Assembly (NCBI GenBank): GCA_030765585.1
Contig: JAVCCJ010000020.1
Span: 1 to 56,784 of the forward strand
Reading direction: 5' to 3'
From: Candidatus Zapsychrus exili
GTDB lineage: Bacteria > Omnitrophota > Gorgyraeia > Zapsychrales > Zapsychraceae
Length of the DNA stretch: 56,784 bases
Part shown: positions 50,582-56,784 of the stretch, piece by piece
Layout: every line of letters begins with the position of its first letter
How positions within the stretch are numbered: position 1 is the stretch's first letter
The notes under the pieces: model-generated
Database searches by the model: none
Seen by the model: the letters and a program-made list of their open reading frames with translations, nothing else
What the model was told of the DNA's origin: nothing
Translations under genes and position numbers: made by a program

Positions 50582-50839
50582 ATGTGTTTAGCAGTTCCAG
50601 GAAAAACAATTAGTATAGATAAAACATCTACAGATGAGCATATGGGCTCTATTGAATTTGGAGTCGCTGTTAAAGAGATATCATTGTCTTTAGTTCCAGA
50701 GGCAAAAATAGGCGATTATGTGCTTGTTCACGCTGGCTTTGCTATCAGCATTGTCGACGAGGATGAGGCTTTACAAATATTTGAAGATATAAAAAAGATA
50801 GATGAGCTAGAGGACGATAAACAAATAGAGCTTCCATGA
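50582..50839 (+). CDS. hypC: Hydrogenase chaperone HypC
   Basis: [18 protein letters not shown]. Confidence 0.97.
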   Translation: MCLAVPGKTISIDKTSTDEHMGSIEFGVAVKEISLSLVPEAKIGDYVLVHAGFAISIVDEDEALQIFEDIKKIDELEDDKQIELP

Positions 50840-51918
50840 AATATTTAGATGAATATAGAGATCCTGTATTGGCTCGTAAAATAGCTGATCAGATAAAGAA
50901 GATTACAACTAAACCTCACGTGATAATGGAAGTTTGTGGTGGACAAACTCATTCAATTGTTCGCTATGGCATTGATCAAATTTTACCAAAAGAAATAGAA
51001 CTTGTTCATGGCCCAGGTTGTCCGGTTTGTGTCACATCTTTAGAGCTAATAGATAAAGCGATAGATATATCACTAAGAGATAATGTAATATTTACTTCCT
51101 TTGGAGATATGTTGCGTGTGCCAGGATCTAAAAAAGACCTGTTTTCTGCCAAGGCAGAGGGAGCTGATGTAAGAATTGTTTATTCTCCGCTTGATGCTTT
51201 AAAAATAGCTAAAGAAAATCCTCAAAGCCAAGTGGTATTTTTTGCTGTTGGTTTTGAAACAACCGCTCCTGCAAATGCAATGGCAGTATTTTTAGCTAAG
51301 AAACAAAATGTAAGCAATTTTTCTATTCTTGCCTCGCATGTTCTGGTTCCGCCTGCAATGGAAGCAATTTTATCGTCTGAAAACAATAGAGTAGAAGGTT
51401 TTTTAGCCGCAGGTCATGTTTGTACGATAATGGGATATCGGCAGTATCACAAAATTGCAGAAAAATATAAAGTGCCGATTGTTGTAACAGGTTTTGAACC
51501 ACTTGATTTATTAGAAGGTATTTATTTGTGTATCAAGCAAATGGAGGAAGGAATCTATAAGGTAGAAAACGAATATGTTCGTTCGGTTAAAGCAGATGGT
51601 AATGTAAAAGCGCAGGAAATTATAAATGATGTATTTGAGGTTTTCACAAGAAAGTGGCGAGGCATAGGTGCGATTGATGATAGCGGGCTTAAGATAAAAA
51701 AAAAATACGAGGCGTTTGATGCTGATATAAAGTTTGGTTTAACTGAATATACTGTCGATGAAAATCTTGAATGTATTAGCGGGCTTATTTTACAAGGGAT
51801 TAAAAAGCCAGCCGAATGTTCGGCATACGGCACAAAATGTACGCCAGAGCATCCGTTAGGTGCGACGATGGTATCATCCGAAGGTGCTTGCGCAGCATAT
51901 TATAGGTATAGAAAGTAG
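50836..51918 (+). CDS. hypD: Hydrogenase formation protein HypD
   Basis: [39 protein letters not shown]. Confidence 0.97.
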   Translation: MKYLDEYRDPVLARKIADQIKKITTKPHVIMEVCGGQTHSIVRYGIDQILPKEIELVHGPGCPVCVTSLELIDKAIDISLRDNVIFTSFGDMLRVPGSKKDLFSAKAEGADVRIVYSPLDALKIAKENPQSQVVFFAVGFETTAPANAMAVFLAKKQNVSNFSILASHVLVPPAMEAILSSENNRVEGFLAAGHVCTIMGYRQYHKIAEKYKVPIVVTGFEPLDLLEGIYLCIKQMEEGIYKVENEYVRSVKADGNVKAQEIINDVFEVFTRKWRGIGAIDDSGLKIKKKYEAFDADIKFGLTEYTVDENLECISGLILQGIKKPAECSAYGTKCTPEHPLGATMVSSEGACAAYYRYRK

Positions 51919-51932
51919 AGAGCAGAAAGTAG

Positions 51933-52314
51933 AAAGTGATGAGATTGCCGCGTCGCTTCTCGCAATGACGATGTGTTGTTTTGGATGTTAAACGCTGTTG
52001 TAAGGTTTTTGTATTATTTAATAGTTTGGCAAGCAAGTTAGATGTTCCATACGCACCGTTGTTTGAAGTCTCGCTTTAATGCGAGACGAGTTCAGTGCGG
52101 TGTTAAGCCAAAATATTAAATAATTCTTTAAAACCTGAATAGGCAAAGTTTTTTGCCTACTTTTTTTAAAAAAGTAGGTGGTGTGTCCCTGCCCGCAAAG
52201 GGACGTGGTCCCAACGGGACTTTACGTGCCACACAGGGACAATGTGAAGCGTTAATGCTTCAAAGCACAAAGGTAAAGCGCTTGGCGCTTTGAGGTGAAG
52301 CGGTCGCCGTTTCA
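51933..52314 (-). repeat. Modular non-coding repeat, copy A
   Basis: 51986-52150 matches 53474-53638 at 159/165 with no gaps; same module order as copies B and C. Confidence 0.9.
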
Positions 52315-52323
52315 AATATTATT

Positions 52324-53373
52324 ATGAATAAAAACTTTAACATAACTTGTCCTATCCCAATTAGCGATTATCCTCGTGTGCTTTTAGCTCATGGTTCAGG
52401 AGGTAAATTGATGCAAAGGCTGATTGATGAGATGTTTATAAAGACATTTGGTTCAAATGACGTGCAGCACGATGCGACAACTTTGTCTGTGGGGTCTGAC
52501 TTCACTAAGATAGCTTTTACTACAGATTCTTATGTGGTTAATCCTTTATTTTTTCCTGGCGGCGACATTGGTTCTTTGGCGGTATATGGTACGGTAAATG
52601 ATTTGGCAGTAAGCGGTGCGCGTGCAAAATATTTGAGCGTTGGGTTTATTTTAGAAGAAGGTTTAGAGATGGAAACCCTTTGGCGCATTGTTCAATCAAT
52701 GAAGGCAGCAGCAGATAAGTGTGATGTCAAAATTGTTACAGGAGATACAAAGGTAGTTGATCGTGGCAAGGGTGATGGAATTTTTATAAACACATCAGGT
52801 ATTGGATTTATAGGACAAGAGACTCAATTAAACGCAAAACAAATTAAGTCAGGCGATGTTGTCATTGTTAATGGTGATATAGGTCGTCATGGAGTTGCTA
52901 TTATGGCGCAAAGAGAAGGTCTGAAATTAGAGAGCGAAATAGAATCTGATGCAGCGCCTGTAGGGAATTTAGTTTTTAAGCTTTTAGACGCTGGTATTAA
53001 AGTGAATTGTATGCGTGATTTAACTCGTGGTGGACTTGCCAGTGCACTAAACGAGCTTGCCGAAAGTGCACAATTAGCAATAGCAATTGACGAAAATAAA
53101 CTTGTTGTACGTGATGATGTTCGCGGTATTTGTGAAATATTAGGGCTTGATCCTACATATGTTGCCTGTGAAGGCAGATTTGTGTGTTTTGTTGATCCTA
53201 AAGATGCTGACATCGCACTTAAAATAATGCAAGCTGACTTTAATGGCAAAAATGCAAGCATTATAGGTGAGGTAAAAACTGATAAAGAGGCTATTGTTAC
53301 GATAAAAAGCTTAATCGGCACCGAACGTATATTAGATATGATAGTAGGGCAACAACTTCCAAGGATTTGTTAG
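52324..53373 (+). CDS. hypE: Carbamoyl dehydratase HypE
   Basis: AHGSGG, TTDSYVV, GTVNDLA, TGDTKVV, RDLTRGG, C-terminal PRIC. Confidence 0.97.
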   Translation: MNKNFNITCPIPISDYPRVLLAHGSGGKLMQRLIDEMFIKTFGSNDVQHDATTLSVGSDFTKIAFTTDSYVVNPLFFPGGDIGSLAVYGTVNDLAVSGARAKYLSVGFILEEGLEMETLWRIVQSMKAAADKCDVKIVTGDTKVVDRGKGDGIFINTSGIGFIGQETQLNAKQIKSGDVVIVNGDIGRHGVAIMAQREGLKLESEIESDAAPVGNLVFKLLDAGIKVNCMRDLTRGGLASALNELAESAQLAIAIDENKLVVRDDVRGICEILGLDPTYVACEGRFVCFVDPKDADIALKIMQADFNGKNASIIGEVKTDKEAIVTIKSLIGTERILDMIVGQQLPRIC

Positions 53374-53380
53374 TCTGCGG

Positions 53381-53720
53381 AAGGTAAAAGGCAAAAAGTA
53401 AAAGGTAAAAGTGATGAGATTGCCGCGTCGCTTCGCTCCTCGCAATGACAGTGCAGTGTTTTTGTTTTGTTGCTGTTAAACGCCGTTGTAAGGTTTTTGT
53501 ATTATTTAATAGTTTGGCAAGCAAGTTAGATGTTCCATACGCACTGCTGTTTAAAGTCTCGCTTTAATGCGAGACGAGTTCAGTGCGGTGTTAAGCCAAA
53601 GTATTAAATAATTCTTTAAAACCTGAGTAGGCAAAGTTCTTTGGTCACTTTCTTTCAAGAAAGCGACAAGAAGTTGAAGCGTTAACGCTTCAAAGTACAA
53701 TATGAAACGCTAGGCGTTTC
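53381..53720 (-). repeat. Modular non-coding repeat, copy B
   Basis: Direct repeat of copy A; 53628-53701 is the exact reverse complement of 56281-56354. Confidence 0.9.
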
Positions 53721-53848
53721 CCCTCTCAATCTTTCTACTGATAGACATTGAAATCATTTTCATTTTTTGCTATAACAAGATAGCACTTCCACCCAAGTTA
53801 ATACTACTAATCTTAATTTTAATTTAATCTTATAAGAAAGCAGATACT

Positions 53849-55930
53849 ATGTCAGAGAATGTCCCCAATACACAAAGAACATTAGAAGGTTTTTTTAATC
53901 CAAACGGAATCGCTGTAATAGGCGCATCATCTAAAAAAGAAAAAATTGGTTATCAAATTTTAAGCAATTTGATCGTCGGTGGATTTGAAGGAGATTTATA
54001 TCCTATCAATCCAAAAGATGATGAAATTATGGGTAAAAAGGCTTATAAATCTGTGCTAGATGTCGAAGGCCCAATAGATCTTGCAGTAATTACAATTCCT
54101 GCGCCATTAGTTTTACCTGCAATGGAAGAATGCGGTAAAAAAGGAGTTAAGAATTTAGCCATAATTACATCTGGTTTTGGGGAAGTCGGAAATAAAGAAG
54201 ATGAGCAAAAGTTAGTAGATATGGCAAAGAAATATAATATGGCATTTTTAGGGCCAAATATTTTAGGTCTTTTATATATGCCTTCAAAAATAAACGCAAG
54301 TTTTGGCCCAGAAGAAAACAAGACAGGCAAGATTGCATTTATCTCACAAAGTGGTGCGTTGGCTATCGCTCTTATGGGTTGGACTAAAATGGAAAAAATT
54401 GGTCTGGCATCCCTTTGCAGTTTAGGTAATAAAGCTGATGTTGACGAAAAAGAGCTTATTGAGTATTTCAATGAAGATGATAATGTAGATGTTATTTTGA
54501 TTTATATGGAAGGACTGACAGACGGTCGTAAATTCCTTCAAACCAAAGTAAAGAAACCCGTAATTGTGCTTAAAGTTGGTCGCTCTTCTCGAGGAGCAAA
54601 GGCAGCTGCATCGCATACAGGCTCATTGTCAGGCTCTGATGGTATTTTTAATGCGGTATTTAAACAATTAGGTATGCTTCGCGCTGATTCATTTACAGAC
54701 GCATTTAGCTGGGCACGCGCTTTTGGACTACCGCTTCCAAAGGGGGACGATGCTATTATTATTACAAATGGTGGTGGTATTGGAGTATCAGCTACCGACG
54801 AATGTGAATTTAAAGATATAAAGCTTCTAGAAGATCCAGAATATTTAGAAGAAAAGTTTAGAAGCACAATGCCTTCTTTTGGTAGTACTAAAAATCCAAT
54901 TGATATTACAGGTGGTGCAGGTGTCGAAGGATATCGTGCCGCTGTAAAAGTTGCGCTTGCTGAAGAAAGAATGCATGCATTGTTTGTTCTCTATTGTGAG
55001 ACAGCGGTAACAGACCCATTGGACATTGCAAAAGCAATTACAGAAGAATATGAGGCAGCAGGTTGTAATAAACCAGTTTTTGCTGCAATGGTTGGTGGAG
55101 AACGCTCAAGGACGGCACTTCATTATTTAAGTGAAAAAAATATACCAGCTTTTGATTCGGTAAATCAGGCAGTTTCTGCACTTAAAATTTTATATAAATG
55201 GAAAAAGATTAAAGCCCAAGAGCGTGAAGTAGCAGAACAAGTTGATGCCCCACAAGAGGCAAAAGATATTATTGAAAAAATAAGAGCAGAGGGTAGAAGC
55301 TTTTTGCTTGAGCATGAAGCACGCAAGGTGTTAGAGATTTGTGGTGTTCCAATGCCAAGTGGTGGTTTTGCAGCAAGCGCTGATGAAGCCGTTGCTCTTG
55401 CAAATGCACAAGATATGTATCCAATTGCAATGAAGGTTGCATCAGTTGACATCATCCATAAGACAGATGTTGGCGGAGTTGTATTAAATATTAAAACAGA
55501 GAAAGAATTACGCGAAAAATATAATGTAATGATTGAACATATTGCAGAAGTTGTACCTGAAGCGAAAGTACTTGGCGTTAATCTAGTTAAGATGACCAAG
55601 GGAATTGAGTGTATTGTTGGTTTAAGTCAAGATCCGCAGTTTGGACCTGTCGTTATGTTTGGTCTTGGCGGTGTTTTGGTTGAAGCATTAAAAGATGTGT
55701 CTTTTCGTGTTGTGCCTTTTGGTCCAATTGAAGCAAAACGTTTGATAGAAGATATAAAAACAAAGAAAATCTTAGATGACTTTAGAGGAATGAAGGCGCA
55801 TAAAGAATCTATCATTCAGACCCTTTGCGCTGTTCAGAAATTAGCCCTGTATGTTAAAGAAATAGATGTTAATCCGTTGATTACAAATGAAGAAGGAAGT
55901 TTTGCGGTTGATGCGCGCATCATTATATGA
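53849..55930 (+). CDS. ADP-forming acetate/acyl-CoA ligase (alpha-beta fusion)
   Basis: IAVIGAS CoA-binding domain, SQSGA, GNKADV, AASHTGSL (phospho-His), ITNGGG, HKTDVGGV, DPQFGPVVMFGLGG, EIDVNPL..VDARI. Confidence 0.92.
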   Translation: MSENVPNTQRTLEGFFNPNGIAVIGASSKKEKIGYQILSNLIVGGFEGDLYPINPKDDEIMGKKAYKSVLDVEGPIDLAVITIPAPLVLPAMEECGKKGVKNLAIITSGFGEVGNKEDEQKLVDMAKKYNMAFLGPNILGLLYMPSKINASFGPEENKTGKIAFISQSGALAIALMGWTKMEKIGLASLCSLGNKADVDEKELIEYFNEDDNVDVILIYMEGLTDGRKFLQTKVKKPVIVLKVGRSSRGAKAAASHTGSLSGSDGIFNAVFKQLGMLRADSFTDAFSWARAFGLPLPKGDDAIIITNGGGIGVSATDECEFKDIKLLEDPEYLEEKFRSTMPSFGSTKNPIDITGGAGVEGYRAAVKVALAEERMHALFVLYCETAVTDPLDIAKAITEEYEAAGCNKPVFAAMVGGERSRTALHYLSEKNIPAFDSVNQAVSALKILYKWKKIKAQEREVAEQVDAPQEAKDIIEKIRAEGRSFLLEHEARKVLEICGVPMPSGGFAASADEAVALANAQDMYPIAMKVASVDIIHKTDVGGVVLNIKTEKELREKYNVMIEHIAEVVPEAKVLGVNLVKMTKGIECIVGLSQDPQFGPVVMFGLGGVLVEALKDVSFRVVPFGPIEAKRLIEDIKTKKILDDFRGMKAHKESIIQTLCAVQKLALYVKEIDVNPLITNEEGSFAVDARIII

Positions 55931-55932
55931 TG

Positions 55933-55968
55933 TAAGGTAAAAGGTAAAAGGTAAAAGGCAAAGGGTAG
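55933..55968 (+). repeat. AAAGGYA heptamer tandem tract
   Basis: TAAGGTAAAAGGTAAAAGGTAAAAGGCAAAGGGTAG; similar tracts at 50452-50470, 53381-53411 and inverted at 56554-56583. Confidence 0.75.
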
Positions 55969-56019
55969 TGAAAGAATAAGTTTTGTCGACGACAAGATAG
56001 TGGTTATTATAAAGAATTT

Positions 56020-56045
56020 TGTCATTCCTGCGCAGGCAGGAATCC
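56020..56045 (+). repeat. REP-like palindrome arm GTCATTCCTGCGCAGGCAGGAATCC
   Basis: Hairpin ATTCCTGC-GCAG-GCAGGAAT with GTC lead. Confidence 0.75.
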
Positions 56046-56091
56046 CTTATAAGGCTTATATAAGATGATAATTTGGCATTAAAAAATAAAC

Positions 56092-56120
56092 TTGTAATAT
56101 TTTAGTTTCTTTGGTATTAT
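56092..56120 (+). promoter_or_regulatory. Sigma70-type promoter of candidate sRNA
   Basis: TTGTAA-17 nt-TATTAT with TG extension. Confidence 0.55.
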
Positions 56121-56126
56121 TTGTAT

Positions 56127-56223
56127 GGTTGTTTTGACAAGCAGTTTACGTCCTTCCTCCGTTCCGCTGATCAACAGTGGGATGTTATTATAGAAAGGCC
56201 TCGCTTACGGCGGGGTCTTTTTT
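56127..56223 (+). ncRNA. Candidate small RNA with anti-Shine-Dalgarno motif
   Basis: Promoter, hairpin, unpaired TCCTTCCTCC (56151-56160), hairpin, intrinsic terminator; no credible ORF. Confidence 0.55.
56194..56223 (+). terminator. Intrinsic terminator
   Basis: AAAGGCCTCGC-TTACG-GCGGGGTCTTT followed by T-run. Confidence 0.8.
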
Positions 56224-56280
56224 ATTTATCTTTTTTATTTTTCTAGGAATGAAATTGTTTGCTAGAGAATGACTTAGGGG

Positions 56281-56583
56281 ATTGTACTTTGAAGCGTTAA
56301 CGCTTCAACTTCTTGTCGCTTTCTTGAAAGAAAGTGACCAAAGAACTTTGCCTAAGAAAATTCTAAAGTAAGATTCATACATCTCGCTTAACGCTGCATT
56401 AAACTCGTCTCGTATTAAAGCGAGACTTCAAACAGTAATGCTGATATGGTATCTGCTTGCTTGATGTACAAATCATACTAAAATTTTCTAACGGCCTTAA
56501 AAACAACATATTGTCATTGCGAACGAGTTAAGCGAGTGTGGCAATCTCATTACTTTTTCCTTTTGCCGTTTACCTTTCGCCTT
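56281..56583 (+). repeat. Modular non-coding repeat, copy C (inverted relative to A and B)
   Basis: Same modules in reverse order: GAAGCGTTAACGCTTC, GTCGCTTTC..GAAAGTGAC, AAACTCG-hairpin-TTCAAACAG, GTCATTGCGA..GCAATCTC, heptamer tract. Confidence 0.88.
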
Positions 56584-56727
56584 ATTTTTTTGGCTGCTTC
56601 AATAAATTTCATTTGCCATTACTAGTATTTGTATTAAAATATAATCTTAATAAGTCTTACCGCAATTCTGCAGTAAATTATGCGCAGCAACAACGCGCTT
56701 CTTATATGGTAATTACTAAAGGAACAT

Positions 56728-56784
56728 ATGAAAAAGCTTCTCTTAATAATTTTCATTTTATTTCTATCTACAACATCTTATGCA
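56728..56784 (+). CDS. N-terminus of a secreted protein (runs off the window)
   Basis: AAGGA RBS; MKKLLLIIFILFLSTTSYA signal peptide. Confidence 0.7.
   Translation, partial: MKKLLLIIFILFLSTTSYA

Noticed and set aside
52489..52505. GTGGGGTCTGACTTCAC in hypE as a third in-frame palindrome
   Set aside because: Too short and degenerate, with no second copy in the window
51800..53524. Two minus-strand ORFs (51800-52036, 53297-53524) sharing MLAKLLNNTKTLQ
   Set aside because: Similarity arises from repeat copies A and B; the frames diverge after the shared part, overlap hypD/hypE antisense, and the ORF is not preserved in copy C
55834..56025. 63-aa minus-strand hydrophobic ORF (LPFAFYLLPFTL)
   Set aside because: Translation of the heptamer tract overlapping the acetate-CoA ligase 3' end; likely spurious
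56100..56160. Type I toxin ORF antisense to the candidate sRNA
   Set aside because: GGAGGAAGG on the minus strand is followed only by a TTG-started frame of a few codons; no hydrophobic peptide
47967..56583. Possible CRISPR array among the repeats
   Set aside because: No regularly spaced identical repeats with unique spacers and no cas genes
51933..56583. Autonomous IS, prophage or integron in the repeat-rich region
   Set aside because: No transposase, integrase, reverse transcriptase or phage gene in the window

Overview
AT-rich bacterial chromosome segment spanning the replication origin. gyrB-dciA-dnaN-dnaA lie on the minus strand and diverge from rpmH-yidC-jag(N only)-parS x2-parA-parB on the plus strand. 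Next come housekeeping genes (ndk, yicC, gmk, rpoZ, coaC, 3 tRNAs, thrS-infC-rpmI-rplT, trkAH, pheST, 6S RNA, rarA, 5-formyl-THF cyclo-ligase, rny, ymdB, gltX, glnS). After these are a DUF1846-carB-purF-like operon, a complete group 3d NAD-coupled [NiFe]-hydrogenase locus (Ni transporter, hypAB, CBS protein, hoxFUYHW, hypFCDE) and an ADP-forming acetate-CoA ligase. Gene order, domain trimming and gene content suggest a streamlined anaerobe, possibly Omnitrophota (inference only). The least explained signals are: (i) three copies of a ~300-nt modular non-coding element with compensatory changes and strand-consistent G-U pairs; (ii) small palindromic elements, one of them inside hypF in frame and one inside a duplicated tRNA fragment; (iii) a stand-alone ~100-nt candidate sRNA with an anti-Shine-Dalgarno motif; (iv) a structured rny-ymdB intergenic RNA; (v) a carB plus glutaminase-dead purF-like operon with no carA. 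All calls come from reading the sequence; no searches were run.
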